Assembly: GCA_038821645.1 (NCBI GenBank)
Contig: JAWBDT010000002.1
Coordinates: 32,001 to 96,000, forward strand
Direction of reading: 5' to 3'
Source: Ignisphaera sp.
GTDB lineage: Archaea > Thermoproteota > Thermoprotei_A > Sulfolobales > Ignisphaeraceae
DNA length: 64,000 nucleotides
The position numbers were made by a program, and so were the translations under genes. Shown piece after piece: positions 1 to 10,968 of this stretch (within the stretch, counting starts at the first letter, position 1; the number at the start of each line of letters is the position of its first letter). The notes beneath the pieces were generated by a model. The model searched no databases. It was not told where the DNA came from and saw only the letters and a list, made by a program, of their open reading frames with translations.

Positions 1-421
1 AGATGTAAAGACTCTTGTAGCATCCATAAGGGAAGCATACAAAATCCTTGGGGTTCTAAAAGAAGGTGGGAGATCACCTATAAGACATATTAGATTGGTT
101 ATAGATTCGATGTCAGCTTTCTGGGCTGATAAACCTGCTATGGCTAGAAGATATAGCTATGATTTAAAAGTATCTACACATAGAGAAAACGTAACAGCAT
201 ATCTAGTTAGTCAATATGCAATGACCACAAGATCAACATTCGGATTTGGATTAGAGCATATAGCTGACGGAGTACTACACCTATGGATGGACGATGTAGA
301 AAGTAGCAAGGAGGTTAGAAGATATATAATAATCAAGAAAATGAGGATGACAAATCATAAGAGACACGCATTTAAATTGGATATAGTGCCAGGTAAAGGT
401 GTTGTACTTTCACCTCTATAG
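1..421 (+). CDS. KaiC/RAD55-family ATPase (KaiC domain-containing protein), 3' part only
   Basis: Frame is open from base 2 (DVKTLVASIREAY...). It contains RLVIDSMSAFW (Walker B), GFGLEHIADGV and IIIKKMRMTNH, typical of crenarchaeal KaiC-like proteins. Confidence 0.85.
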   Translation, partial: DVKTLVASIREAYKILGVLKEGGRSPIRHIRLVIDSMSAFWADKPAMARRYSYDLKVSTHRENVTAYLVSQYAMTTRSTFGFGLEHIADGVLHLWMDDVESSKEVRRYIIIKKMRMTNHKRHAFKLDIVPGKGVVLSPL

Positions 422-439
422 ATTAGTATTGAAGTTGTT

Positions 440-799
440 TTAGTCAGTTTGCTTAGATGGTAAAAATGTAGAAGAAGTGTTATAATAGTATGTTTTATCA
501 TACTTCATCACTATGGTAATAATTTTATTTACGAGTTCCTCGACATTTTTAGCAAAAACGTAAAGACCTTGTGGAGTGTACAGTACGTAATTGCAATTCC
601 AATAAGTTTCAATCAAAAGGTCTGCCGGAACAACCTTAGAATATATAGAGTAATCACCATTAATTACGGCTATCAGATATTGTACATCGTTATACAAAGC
701 TAAGAAAAGAATGCACTTAGTCCTTTCTTCAATTACATAAATCTTCTTAAAACCTATTTTTTCTAGTAACGTTCTTATATAGACCGAATTATAGTTCAT
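440..799 (-). CDS. hypothetical protein
   Basis: 119-aa ORF filling the gap between genes; no recognised motif. Confidence 0.6.
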   Translation of the reverse strand: MNYNSVYIRTLLEKIGFKKIYVIEERTKCILFLALYNDVQYLIAVINGDYSIYSKVVPADLLIETYWNCNYVLYTPQGLYVFAKNVEELVNKIITIVMKYDKTYYYNTSSTFLPSKQTD

Positions 800-944
800 G
801 TTGTTATACCAATGCCAGGATTTTCTGGGCTCTGATATAACTCAATATAGTTTTAATACTTAAAAATTTAATCTAAGGCATCTTTTCAGTAATCAGTAAT
901 GACTATAAGCTACTGATATACATTACATGCATAGGTAGAGATCA

Positions 945-2654
945 ATGTTAGATGAGAAAGCTTTAAAGTACTATAGGGCGTTAAGAATACCTTCAAGTCT
1001 TTCTAGACCTTCAAAATACCTCTATGCGCTTGTTTTGATTGTATTAATTCTAATCTATGTATTACTATGGTATACTGATAGATTGAATATAAATGAGATG
1101 GTATCAGTATCTATAATCCATACAATGTTAATTACATTCTTACCGCTTTATGTAAAGCTATTAATATCGTACACAAGAACTAGACAGGCTATAAATATTG
1201 CTTTTTTTCTTCTAGTTCCAGGAGTACCTCTTGAATTGTTAGGGGCTTTGGTAAGAATTTATGGACTAGTCTACATTGTCATACCATTGTTAGGTGTTAT
1301 TGTATTAAGGAGCTTTACAGGATCGCGGTATAAATCATATACAACAATTATATATGCATTAATTGCAGAATTGTTATTCATGATATTTGTAGATAGATTT
1401 ACATTCTATAGAATTGTTGTTAGGCTAATCTTATTGGTTTCACCAATAGCTATATCGCTGTATTTTGTGAAAATCATATCTAGTAGCTACAGAGAGCTAG
1501 ATATATTCAAGATAGCAAATGCTTGGATAAAGTCAATGCTTTTAAATACGGATGAAGACTTTTCATCAATACTCAATTTCGTAGGTCAAGAATCAAACAT
1601 AGTTACACATACAGTATTGTTCAAAACAAAATCGAAAACAATCGCATATCTAGTACCAGAGATTCATTTTGGACCCTTCAGAAATGTTGGTAGTTCAGCA
1701 GTACCACATATGTTTGATCAATTAACAAGAAATACTAATATAGTTCCTCTTGTTTTTCATGGTGCTGGATCTCATGAAAGAAACATAGTTAGTAGTAATG
1801 AAAGTGAGCGATATGTCAAAGAAATTGTTAATAGATTGAATTCAATGAATGAATTTACAGAAGACATACTATACAAACCTTTTAGGGTTCACGATAACCA
1901 TTTTGAGGCATTTGTGTTTCAAACAAATATTGCATCCTTTATAGCTATTTCAACACCAATAGTAGGCAATGACGATATACCATTCGAAGTTCAGTTAAGG
2001 GCTTTAGAGCTTGGAAAGATATATGGATTAAGAGATGTAGCCATAATAGATTGTCATAATGTCAAAGGAACACCTATAGAGAATTCAAATGCATATGAAA
2101 ACATAATACTGTCATCATTATCAAGAAGTACAGGAATTTGTAAAGGACTTGGTGTAGGTTATGGTGAAGCATATGTTAAAGGATATGTAGGTGGGTTGTG
2201 TAGTAATAAAGTTAAGGTTTTAACTATCAGATGCGAGGACTCCCTATATGCTATTATATATTTGTATGGCAATAATGCCTTAATTGGTGTTAGAGAAGCA
2301 TTGAAAAAACTAGCAATGGATATGGGGTATACTGATGCAGAGATATTTACAGCTGATGACCATACATGTTCAGGTATTACATTTAGAGAACCATATCAAG
2401 CAATAGAACTGAATCTTCATCTAGTTAAAGCAGTTGAATCAGCGTTGAAAATGAGCCTAAGCTCTATTGAGGATGCTACAGTATATTCATCCAAAATAGT
2501 AGTTAAGAGTAAAATTGTAGGTCAAAAAATATTTGAGCTTCTTGAATTGGCTAAACTCATAAGCCAAAAAATCGTTAAATATCTGTTAGCATCGTTTTCT
2601 CTTGTGTATATACTAACATTAACATTATGTCTTACAACAGTCTTATTTAGCTAA
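945..2654 (+). CDS. DUF2070 family membrane protein
   Basis: N-terminal TM helices, then IHFGPFRNVGSS, FHGAGSHE, DCHN and TADDH motifs, and a C-terminal TM. Confidence 0.85.
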   Translation: MLDEKALKYYRALRIPSSLSRPSKYLYALVLIVLILIYVLLWYTDRLNINEMVSVSIIHTMLITFLPLYVKLLISYTRTRQAINIAFFLLVPGVPLELLGALVRIYGLVYIVIPLLGVIVLRSFTGSRYKSYTTIIYALIAELLFMIFVDRFTFYRIVVRLILLVSPIAISLYFVKIISSSYRELDIFKIANAWIKSMLLNTDEDFSSILNFVGQESNIVTHTVLFKTKSKTIAYLVPEIHFGPFRNVGSSAVPHMFDQLTRNTNIVPLVFHGAGSHERNIVSSNESERYVKEIVNRLNSMNEFTEDILYKPFRVHDNHFEAFVFQTNIASFIAISTPIVGNDDIPFEVQLRALELGKIYGLRDVAIIDCHNVKGTPIENSNAYENIILSSLSRSTGICKGLGVGYGEAYVKGYVGGLCSNKVKVLTIRCEDSLYAIIYLYGNNALIGVREALKKLAMDMGYTDAEIFTADDHTCSGITFREPYQAIELNLHLVKAVESALKMSLSSIEDATVYSSKIVVKSKIVGQKIFELLELAKLISQKIVKYLLASFSLVYILTLTLCLTTVLFS

Positions 2655-2704
2655 CATTATATTATCCTGTATATATACAGTTGAATGATTTATGTATGTC
2701 ACAC

Positions 2705-2716
2705 TTTTTATAAATA
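2705..2716 (+). promoter_or_regulatory. probable TATA box of the cdvABC operon
   Basis: TTTTTATAAATA about 35 nt upstream of the cdvA ATG; GGTGA Shine-Dalgarno at 2741-2745. Confidence 0.5.
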
Positions 2717-2750
2717 TTATGCTGTAAGCAAATAGATCAGGGTGATATTC

Positions 2751-3449
2751 ATGAGTATAACTATAGAAAAAATTGCTACATGCTTAGGTCAATCAATATC
2801 CGATGTTTATGGCAGAAAGATTGGTGTAGTTGTAGGTATATATAGTGAAGTTGATGGCAGGGTTACAGCTCTGGAGGTTATGATAAACGATTCTACATAT
2901 GAAACTATACCTGCAGAAAGATTAGAAACCAAAGATGATGGAGTGAAAGTTTTACCTGAATGGCTTGTAGAAACTCAAAAGCTTGAGCGAAAGCTCGATA
3001 TTTTAAGAAAGAGGGTAAAAGCTCTAGAGGAACTCTACAAAAAGAATCAAGTTCCACAACATGCATATAAAGAGCTTAAGGAGAAATTTGATAAAGAGAT
3101 AAATAAAGTAAAAGCTGAGGTAAAATCACTTAAAGACACCATAAGGAAAAGACAATACGAGATAGAGAACTTCATCATACATATAGAGAAGGCTATGACA
3201 AATTTAATGATAAGCTATACTTCAGGCGAGTTACCTGAAAACGGCTTCAAAGTTTCTGCAGACTTTATGAGGTATGCAAAACAAACAGCATTAGATGAGA
3301 AAAAGGATATTGAGAAGCACGTATCTCTACTTTCCAAACTTGAAGAAGAACTCATGTCGGTGCTTAAATCTCTTGAGACTGAAAAAGCTGATGAAATAGT
3401 AAATGTAAGTGTGCAAAGTGGGCCAATAACTGTTAAGGTTACGGGCTAG
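2751..3449 (+). CDS. cdvA: cell division protein CdvA
   Basis: PRC-barrel N-terminus (DVYGRKIGVVVGIYSEVDGRV), long coiled coil, C-terminal PITVKV ESCRT-III-binding peptide; first gene of a cdvA-B-C trio. ATG 2751 follows GGTGA. Confidence 0.92.
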   Translation: MSITIEKIATCLGQSISDVYGRKIGVVVGIYSEVDGRVTALEVMINDSTYETIPAERLETKDDGVKVLPEWLVETQKLERKLDILRKRVKALEELYKKNQVPQHAYKELKEKFDKEINKVKAEVKSLKDTIRKRQYEIENFIIHIEKAMTNLMISYTSGELPENGFKVSADFMRYAKQTALDEKKDIEKHVSLLSKLEEELMSVLKSLETEKADEIVNVSVQSGPITVKVTG

Positions 3450-3468
3450 AACGTAGATCATAATATTC

Positions 3469-4350
3469 GTGAGGCAGAAATTCATGTCAACACCTGCAGG
3501 AATTTTCGATTCTTTTGCTAAATTGATAAGAATAACATCTAGAGAAGATAAACAGAAAGGAGTCTTTATATATCTATCATCCTCTATCAATGAACTTAAA
3601 TTAAGACTTGAAGAAGTTAAGAGGAGGTTAAAAGAAAGAGACGATGAATTATTAGCTAATGCTGTGAAAGCTTTAAGTTACAATGATAGAGAAAGAGCAG
3701 CCATATATGCATCAGAAATTGTTGAGGTTAGAAAATTAGTAAAATTCGTCAATATAGCATTGCTAGCTATAGAAAGAGTATTAGAGCGATTAAGAACAAT
3801 GGATATAGTTAATGATATGAAGACATTATCTACAGCTCTTGGTATACTTAATGAATTGAAGAATATGTTTACACACACTATGCCAGAACTAGCATCAATG
3901 CTTGATACTATAGTCAGCAATACGAACTCATTAGTATCGTCTACACAAGCTCCTGAACCAAGTGTGAATATATTTATTAAAACAAAAGAAGTAGAAGAAA
4001 TAATGAAAGAGGCAGAGTCTAGAGCTGAAGAAAATATGAGATCGGGTTTGCAGCCTTTACCTATACAGCTGAAAAATATGATTGATTCTGTGAATAGGGA
4101 AGTAGTTAATAGAATACAAAGAGAAGAGAAATTCATAATCGATAGAAGTTCTATTCCTACGGCTATACCAACATCTTATTACAATCATAATGCTGGTAAC
4201 AACTTAGAGATGAGGATATATCATTATATATTGAATAAAAATGGAGCATTGGATATAAATGAATGTGTAAAGATTTTTGGCATAACGAAGGACGAAGTAA
4301 TAAAGATACTCAAAAGATTGGAAGAAAAAGGATTGATAAGAATTACATGA
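3469..4350 (+). CDS. cdvB: cell division protein CdvB (ESCRT-III/Snf7 family)
   Basis: Snf7 core (RAAIYASEIVEVRK...LERL), Pro-containing MIM2-like region, C-terminal winged helix (LKRLEEKGLIRI). Confidence 0.92.
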   Translation: MRQKFMSTPAGIFDSFAKLIRITSREDKQKGVFIYLSSSINELKLRLEEVKRRLKERDDELLANAVKALSYNDRERAAIYASEIVEVRKLVKFVNIALLAIERVLERLRTMDIVNDMKTLSTALGILNELKNMFTHTMPELASMLDTIVSNTNSLVSSTQAPEPSVNIFIKTKEVEEIMKEAESRAEENMRSGLQPLPIQLKNMIDSVNREVVNRIQREEKFIIDRSSIPTAIPTSYYNHNAGNNLEMRIYHYILNKNGALDINECVKIFGITKDEVIKILKRLEEKGLIRIT

Positions 4351-4421
4351 TTTTTATTATTTACTCTTAGAGTTAAGCAGTATAGTTCTGGAGAGGTGGA
4401 GTAACATCACTTGGTGAGTAT

Positions 4422-5555
4422 ATGAGTAGTAGAGAATATCTTGAAAGTTTGGCAAGGAAGCATTTGAATGAAGCATTAATTAATGAAAAAATGGGTAACA
4501 AGCTAGATGCGGCAAAAAGCTATAGAAAAGCAGCAGAAATTCTATTCATGTTAGCAAACAACTATAGGAATGATACTATTAGCAACATGTATAGAAACAT
4601 TGCTGAATCCTACATCAGAAAGGCTCAAGAATTAGAAAAAGAATCTCAAATCTCTATACCATTAGGAGGAGATAGTGAATCTAAAGCCGATATAGAAGAA
4701 GCAGTTAAGCAGTTCATTGTAAATAAAAAGCCTAACATAAGATTTGAAGATGTAGTAGGACTTGATGAAGTAAAACAAACAATAATAGAGTCAGTAATAT
4801 ATCCATACAAAAGACCAGATCTATTTCCTTTTGGATGGCACAAAGGAATACTTCTATATGGACCTCCAGGTTGTGGTAAAACGCTACTAGTTGCAGCTAT
4901 AGTTAATGAAATTGAGGGGATCTTTATGTATATCAAGTCATCGAATCTGTTATCAAAATGGCTTGGCGAATCAGAGCGAAAGGTATCAGCAATCTTTGAG
5001 TATGCCCGTAAAGTAGGAAAAGAAAAACCTGTTATAATATTTCTCGATGAAGCTGATGATCTGCTTGGTATATATGAGCATGAAATCGGTGGAGAAGTAA
5101 GAGTCAGAAATCAATTCCTTCAAGAATTAGATGGACTTACTGAAAAAGGAGAGAAATACTTTATATATGTCATTGCAGCAACAAATAAGCCATGGAAGCT
5201 AGACATAGGCTTTCTACGTAGATTTCAAAAAAGAATATACATACCTCCTCCAGATACAAAATCACGAAAACATCTATTTGAATACTATACAAGATCTTTG
5301 AATATATCAAATGATGTTGATTTCGAAAAGTTAGCTGTACTTACAGAAGGTTATTCAGCGAGTGACATAAGGGACATAGTTTTAGAATCGTATCTCAGAA
5401 CCATAAGGGAGTTATTCCGATCTGGAAAAATAGATGGAACTCCAAGACCTATCGTCATGAATGACTTTATAGAAGTTTTGAAGAATAGAAAACCAAGTAT
5501 CTCTCCAGAACTATTGAAAAAATATGAAGAATGGTCAAAGAAGTATGGAGCATGA
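4422..5555 (+). CDS. cdvC: cell division AAA ATPase CdvC (Vps4 homologue)
   Basis: N-terminal MIT domain, GPPGCGKT Walker A, FLDEAD Walker B, SKWLGESE pore loop, ATNKPW, Vps4-type C-terminus. Confidence 0.95.
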   Translation: MSSREYLESLARKHLNEALINEKMGNKLDAAKSYRKAAEILFMLANNYRNDTISNMYRNIAESYIRKAQELEKESQISIPLGGDSESKADIEEAVKQFIVNKKPNIRFEDVVGLDEVKQTIIESVIYPYKRPDLFPFGWHKGILLYGPPGCGKTLLVAAIVNEIEGIFMYIKSSNLLSKWLGESERKVSAIFEYARKVGKEKPVIIFLDEADDLLGIYEHEIGGEVRVRNQFLQELDGLTEKGEKYFIYVIAATNKPWKLDIGFLRRFQKRIYIPPPDTKSRKHLFEYYTRSLNISNDVDFEKLAVLTEGYSASDIRDIVLESYLRTIRELFRSGKIDGTPRPIVMNDFIEVLKNRKPSISPELLKKYEEWSKKYGA

Positions 5556-5721
5556 TTTTGTATTGGATTAACTATTAGGTGAATACAAAACATTATTCTC
5601 ATCAATTCTGGTTAGAAATACTTAACTAAGATTCTTCTAATTCACCTCTAATATGGTTAGCGGTACATAAAGAACATAGGATATGGTATTGTATTATCAT
5701 ATACCATATTACTATTACTGT

Positions 5722-6138
5722 TTACTTTCGCAACTCTGCTAGTTCAAGAAGTTCTGGAACAAACTTAAGAACATCATCTATAGTAACTATTCCTAATGGC
5801 TTTCCAGCCCTATTTATTACTGGAATATGTCCATGTCCTGTTCCTATCATCAGCATTATGACATCTTTGAGAGGAGTATCTGGTTCAACTACTGTCACAG
5901 GTCTTGAAACTATATCTATCATTTTCACAGTTTTTGCATCGAGATTCTTGGCTATAACCTTTATTATTAAGTCTTTAGCTGTAACAATACCCAAAACAAC
6001 ACCGTTATCATCTACTACTATTAATGAAGCTATATTGTACTGCTCCATAAGTTTTATACCTTCATATACCGTGGCTCCACCCCTGATTTGTATGGGATTT
6101 GGAACCATTATGTCTGAAGCTTTTAACACACCAGTCAC
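5722..6138 (-). CDS. CBS domain protein
   Basis: Tandem CBS repeats (SLIVVD..LGIVTAKD; HIPVIN..LGIVTIDD). Confidence 0.9.
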   Translation of the reverse strand: MTGVLKASDIMVPNPIQIRGGATVYEGIKLMEQYNIASLIVVDDNGVVLGIVTAKDLIIKVIAKNLDAKTVKMIDIVSRPVTVVEPDTPLKDVIMLMIGTGHGHIPVINRAGKPLGIVTIDDVLKFVPELLELAELRK

Positions 6139-6145
6139 CTAAACT

Positions 6146-8134
6146 TTACTTATAATTTACTGCTAGTTTAATTACTTTACTTCTACCAGGTATCTTATCA
6201 ACGATTTCATTAATATTTATCGTTACTGCTATCTCATCGAGTTTTTTTGATTTTAAGAACTCAATGAAATTGTTTGCAACACTCTGGGGATCATCGTCTC
6301 CTGGAATTATGACAAAGTATGCTATAGTCCTCTTACTTACCACATCTTCAGGTCCTATTGATACTCTAATCATATTTCCATCCACTATCTCAATGCCTAT
6401 AGCCAACTTAAGTTCAATATTTCTCACATAATTCCTCTCCCCATAGACCATATATGAACCTTTCTGAAGGTATTCTCCTGAAGGTGGAGATAATGATATC
6501 TGAGAGCCTTTCACCCAAAAAACATCAATACTAAATAACTTATTCTTCCATGCTTTACTATAACAAGCTGCTATTAGAGATGCCTCCTTAATGCTATCAT
6601 AATCAACATTCTTTCCATAAGTTTTTATAACTACAGTACTTGCACCATGAACATCAGCATGAAGCACTATATCATCCGAATTAACCAACCTCCTTATAAT
6701 TTTCATATTTTGTGAAGCATTTTTTCCACCAATTACTAGAAATCCAGATGATGTAACATACCATATATAAGACTCGTACCATTCTTTCGTTTTTTTCATC
6801 TTGTAGCTAATTCTTTTTTCTTTGTATTCAATTTGTTTATATAGCTCCTGAAGTTTCTTCAAGATATTATTTTTCTCATTCTCTGCTCGATTAATAGATT
6901 TATTAATTGATGCTAGAGATTTGCGTAAATTATTGTAATTTTCGATAAAACTTTTTCTAACATCGAACTCTAGAATAATTTCTCCTTGTTTCACTCTATA
7001 CGTTCCTGATGATGGGGAGAAGTCATGTATAGAACCACACAATGGAATTGCATTCCAGCCATCAGACTTTATTTTATCAAGAATACACTTATGAAGTTGC
7101 TCTAGATATGTATAGTTTTCCTCTATTATTTTTAATTTCTTTTCCAATTCTATAGATTTCTTCTTTAGTTCTTGTACCATGTTATCAATTCTATCTATAG
7201 TTTTCTTCATGTTATCAATTTCTTTCTTTAGATCATGTGAATATGCTGTTAATAGTATCTCCTTGAATTCGTTTTCATAATATCTGTTTATTGCATCATT
7301 AAGTGTGGAATGATATTCGATCTTATGATTGGTAAATTGCAATGGAACGTAGGGGTAGAAACCTATAGGCATATCATTTTCATCATAAACTATGCACGGT
7401 TTATAGTTATTTTCTATTACATTAATAATGCTTCTATAGGTTGTAGTTAAGCATTGGATTTCTGAATTCGATAGCTCCCTTATTTTTTTACCTTTTACAT
7501 AACATTGAATTGATATAGTTTCAGCGATTTCTGGCGGTACTCCAAATTCTCTAACGAGACTTCGAGTAACATCTAGGTCAGCTGTTTTATTAATTTTATT
7601 AAATATGTCAGAAAGATCTATACAAGAATGTTGTGAAGGAGGAGGTATATACACTAAACCTGGTTTTAAATCTCTATCCTTCATATGTTTGTATTCGTTA
7701 CATAAAAGTATTTTGTTATCTTCATTTAATACACATATACTTCCTCTAGGTAAAAGCTCTACAACGATTTTTCTAGTTATAGATCTGCAGTTTAGAACCA
7801 TATAGAATATTCTCTCGCAAGATATTTGGAAGAGATCACTAATGTAGCAATCCTTTAGTAGAGATCTCCATATCTTCTGAAGATTCTCAGGATAGTTTTC
7901 AGGGGCTAGATCACTAAAAGACACACTTACCCTTTTTGATGGTTCTATGATTAACCAGAATGATAAAGATTTGCTACTGTTGTATAACTTCATTAGAAGT
8001 ATAGGTCCTTCTGGAATATAGTACAATTTATCTATATACGAATGAGATACAATACTGCCTTGTTCTTTTAACCATAGTTTTAAATCTAGCCAACTCATAC
8101 TCAGTTTTTTTCGGTGAGTATATGCTGAGTCCAT
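6146..8134 (-). CDS. rqcH: ribosome quality control protein Rqc2/RqcH (NFACT family)
   Basis: SMSWLDL N-terminus, WYESY, LVIGGKNASQN, LHADVHGA, YSKAW, PSGEYLQKGSYMVYG. Start is uncertain (8134 or 8098). Confidence 0.9.
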   Translation of the reverse strand: MDSAYTHRKKLSMSWLDLKLWLKEQGSIVSHSYIDKLYYIPEGPILLMKLYNSSKSLSFWLIIEPSKRVSVSFSDLAPENYPENLQKIWRSLLKDCYISDLFQISCERIFYMVLNCRSITRKIVVELLPRGSICVLNEDNKILLCNEYKHMKDRDLKPGLVYIPPPSQHSCIDLSDIFNKINKTADLDVTRSLVREFGVPPEIAETISIQCYVKGKKIRELSNSEIQCLTTTYRSIINVIENNYKPCIVYDENDMPIGFYPYVPLQFTNHKIEYHSTLNDAINRYYENEFKEILLTAYSHDLKKEIDNMKKTIDRIDNMVQELKKKSIELEKKLKIIEENYTYLEQLHKCILDKIKSDGWNAIPLCGSIHDFSPSSGTYRVKQGEIILEFDVRKSFIENYNNLRKSLASINKSINRAENEKNNILKKLQELYKQIEYKEKRISYKMKKTKEWYESYIWYVTSSGFLVIGGKNASQNMKIIRRLVNSDDIVLHADVHGASTVVIKTYGKNVDYDSIKEASLIAACYSKAWKNKLFSIDVFWVKGSQISLSPPSGEYLQKGSYMVYGERNYVRNIELKLAIGIEIVDGNMIRVSIGPEDVVSKRTIAYFVIIPGDDDPQSVANNFIEFLKSKKLDEIAVTININEIVDKIPGRSKVIKLAVNYK

Positions 8135-8451
8135 ACAGTAACACTGCAGCAAAATCAAGTATTCAGTTCATTATAATACTTGTTAGAGGATTATATGGAG
8201 TTTTATGCGGAATCATATTATCCATCTTAGCCGACACACGATTACTATTTCTTCCAGTGTTCTACAATATTTTTAAAGATTTAGCTCCGTACTTTACATG
8301 GATATATTTGTTTCTCCTATACATACCCAGTATCATTATTGTTAAATTGTTTGTAAGAGTTGACACAAAATTTGATCTGCTCTTGCGCGGAGGCTCTGTT
8401 TATTTTGCTACAACAATTTTAACATATGTTATCCTTAACTGTTGTGGTTAA
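8122..8451 (+). CDS. small 3-TM membrane protein, EMC6/Rab5ip-like pattern
   Basis: Three hydrophobic segments; R-x3-G-x3-G in TM1 and LLLRGGSVYF..ILTY in TM3. Overlaps both neighbours. Confidence 0.55.
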   Translation: MLSPYSNTAAKSSIQFIIILVRGLYGVLCGIILSILADTRLLFLPVFYNIFKDLAPYFTWIYLFLLYIPSIIIVKLFVRVDTKFDLLLRGGSVYFATTILTYVILNCCG

Positions 8452-9060
8452 GATGCGACTCTCATGAACTATGAGGTGGTTTGTAACTATCTCAAGATAA
8501 TTATTGGGTAAAACTATGTTTCCATTGTCATCCAGAGGAAAAGCGTAAGGAAGATGTATATTCACCTCTACGTTATTTCCTAAAATCTTCTTTATGTCTA
8601 ATCCATAAATAAACTTTATATCATGTACTTTCTTTCCTAATTCAATCTGTTTTAAAACATATGCAGCTCCAAAGATGGTGTACTGAAGTTTTCCGAGATT
8701 ACGAGCTCTAGAACGAGGTAATTTACTAGTTATATAGAGCTTTGTTCTTCTTCTAGGTGGATGGTCACCCATTATACCTCCTAAAATAACGTATTTCGTG
8801 TTCATTAGTTCTTCTGGCTCTAGTTCTTTATTAGCTTCAGGATCCAGAACGATTACAGAGTCAAGATCTTTCAGCATATCTGTTGCAGATATACTGTATA
8901 CCTTAGCATAGCGCGACAATATTCTGTGATGTTCTTCGTTTTTCACATTTGTGAAAATGACTCTAGATCCATAGATTTTTGTTACAAATTCGTATTCTGT
9001 CAATAACCATTTGTTTAGACATGGTTCTAAATGTTCTATAACTATTAGGAAACTTAGCAT
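8419..9060 (-). CDS. SFM1-like SPOUT methyltransferase (DUF431)
   Basis: IEHLE..W...EY, VLDP, GGIMGDHPPRRRT, RNLG..Q, LPYAFP. Confidence 0.88.
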   Translation of the reverse strand: MLSFLIVIEHLEPCLNKWLLTEYEFVTKIYGSRVIFTNVKNEEHHRILSRYAKVYSISATDMLKDLDSVIVLDPEANKELEPEELMNTKYVILGGIMGDHPPRRRTKLYITSKLPRSRARNLGKLQYTIFGAAYVLKQIELGKKVHDIKFIYGLDIKKILGNNVEVNIHLPYAFPLDDNGNIVLPNNYLEIVTNHLIVHESRILTTTVKDNIC

Positions 9061-9185
9061 TATTGATACACCAACTTAGTATCATATCGTTTAAATTCTC
9101 ATTAATTTTGGTAAACGAGTAAGCTATTAAACCATCATTACTTATTTCCCACTAAACTTTTAATACCGCCAAAAATCGTAGTTCA

Positions 9186-9497
9186 TTGTTAGGGAGAGAA
9201 ATTTTGGCATCACAACCACAGACGAGACCGTCTATAACGCCTTTACGTGTGCTTAGAGGCTCTATGAATAGAACTGTAATGGTTAAAGTAAAAGAAGGTT
9301 CAGAGTTTGTGGGAAGGTTGGTACTAACGGATCCCACAATGAATGTAGTGCTAGAGGAGGCTACAGAATACAACGATGGGGGTAGAGAGGCTGTTGCAAA
9401 ATATGGAAGGATATTCATAAGAGGTAGTCAAATACTCTACATTTCGGTAGATTTTACAGAAGCTAAATTAAGACAAGCATTAGCTAAGGAGGTATAG
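9186..9497 (+). CDS. Sm-like (Lsm/SmAP) RNA-binding protein
   Basis: Sm1 (FVGRL..D..MNVVLEEA) and Sm2 (IFIRGSQI) motifs. True start may be TTG 9204. Confidence 0.92.
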   Translation: MLGREILASQPQTRPSITPLRVLRGSMNRTVMVKVKEGSEFVGRLVLTDPTMNVVLEEATEYNDGGREAVAKYGRIFIRGSQILYISVDFTEAKLRQALAKEV

Positions 9498-9741
9498 GTT
9501 GATTCAAAAGCATAAAAATAAAAATCCATCAAGAAGATTCAGTAACTGTACAATAAATTTTGAATTCTCAATTGATAGGATAGAATGTAAAATATGCAAC
9601 CAATTTGATTCATGCTTAAACATATTTATGAAGGCATACAAACTAGCTAAAAAGATATAGCGATAGATCAAGATAAAATAAAAACGCAGTCAATATACAT
9701 AATCTCTATGAGTATCGATAACCCTAAATGAGGCCAGTAAC

Positions 9742-10956
9742 ATGAGGAATATATATGTATATGAATACCCATGGCAAGGAGTAGAAAATCTAACAATAGA
9801 AATGGTTGAACGAAAAGGACTTGGACATCCAGATTATATAGCCGATGGTATAGCAGAAGCTGTAAGTAGAGAGTTATGCAAATACTACATGAAGAATTAT
9901 GGAACCATTCTCCATCATAATATAGATAAAGTCCTCGTAATTGGGGGTCAATCAAATCCGCGATTTGGCGGTGGTGAGGTTCTACATCCAATACATATAA
10001 TTGTGTCAGGGAGAGCTACATCTTATGTAAAGAAAGCTTCGGATCTAGAGTTTATCCCAATAGGCACCATAGTGTTGAAGGCAGCTAATGAATGGATAAA
10101 ATCTAACTTTAGGTACCTTGACCCTAGAGAACACATAATTGTAGATTACAAAATAGGTCAAGGTAGCGTAGATCTTGTGAGTATATATGAGCTTGGTGTA
10201 TCTAAAGTTCCTTTGGCTAATGATACAAGTTTTGGTATAGGATATGCTCCCTTATCAACATTAGAAAAAGTAGTTCTAAGTGTTGAGCAATTGTTGAATA
10301 GTTCACGTGTTAAGAAATTAATGCCAGCTTTAGGCGAGGATGTTAAGGTCATGGGATTGAGAATAGGTAGAAAAATAAAGATAACAATAGCTGTAGCCAT
10401 GGTTTCTCAGTGGGTTAAAGACAAAGAAGAATATATGAGTATCAAGGAGGATGCAAAGAACTTAGTAATAGACGAAATTTCAAAAATAGCACAAAACTAT
10501 GAAGTTGATGTTCAGATTAACGTAGGTGATAAACCTGAGAAAAATGTGTTCTACTTAACTGTAACAGGTACTTCAGCTGAACACGGTGATGATGGGGCTA
10601 CTGGCCGGGGAAATAGGGTTAATGGTTTGATAACGCCTATGAGACCAATGAGTTTAGAGGCTACGGCAGGTAAAAATCCTGTAAGTCATGTAGGTAAGAT
10701 ATACAATGTTGTTGCGCGTAATATTGCTAATGAGATATATAGACAAATAAATGATGTAATGGAGGTATATGTGGGTATACTTAGTCAGATAGGTCAACCG
10801 ATAGATAATCCTCTAGCTGTAGACATAAAATTAGTGCCACAGAGAACATTAACGTTAGACATGATGAATGAAGCAAAAGCTATAGCTAACGAGGCTTTAG
10901 AGAATATACATAAAGTAACTATGGACATAGTTGAAGGTAAAGTGACATTATTTTAA
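9742..10956 (+). CDS. mat: S-adenosylmethionine synthetase, archaeal type
   Basis: [51 protein letters not shown]. Confidence 0.96.
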   Translation: MRNIYVYEYPWQGVENLTIEMVERKGLGHPDYIADGIAEAVSRELCKYYMKNYGTILHHNIDKVLVIGGQSNPRFGGGEVLHPIHIIVSGRATSYVKKASDLEFIPIGTIVLKAANEWIKSNFRYLDPREHIIVDYKIGQGSVDLVSIYELGVSKVPLANDTSFGIGYAPLSTLEKVVLSVEQLLNSSRVKKLMPALGEDVKVMGLRIGRKIKITIAVAMVSQWVKDKEEYMSIKEDAKNLVIDEISKIAQNYEVDVQINVGDKPEKNVFYLTVTGTSAEHGDDGATGRGNRVNGLITPMRPMSLEATAGKNPVSHVGKIYNVVARNIANEIYRQINDVMEVYVGILSQIGQPIDNPLAVDIKLVPQRTLTLDMMNEAKAIANEALENIHKVTMDIVEGKVTLF

Positions 10957-10968
10957 CACAATCTATAT

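Noticed and set aside
2751-5555. cdvABC as a novel system
   Set aside because: This is the well-described crenarchaeal ESCRT-based division operon with its standard order and domains.
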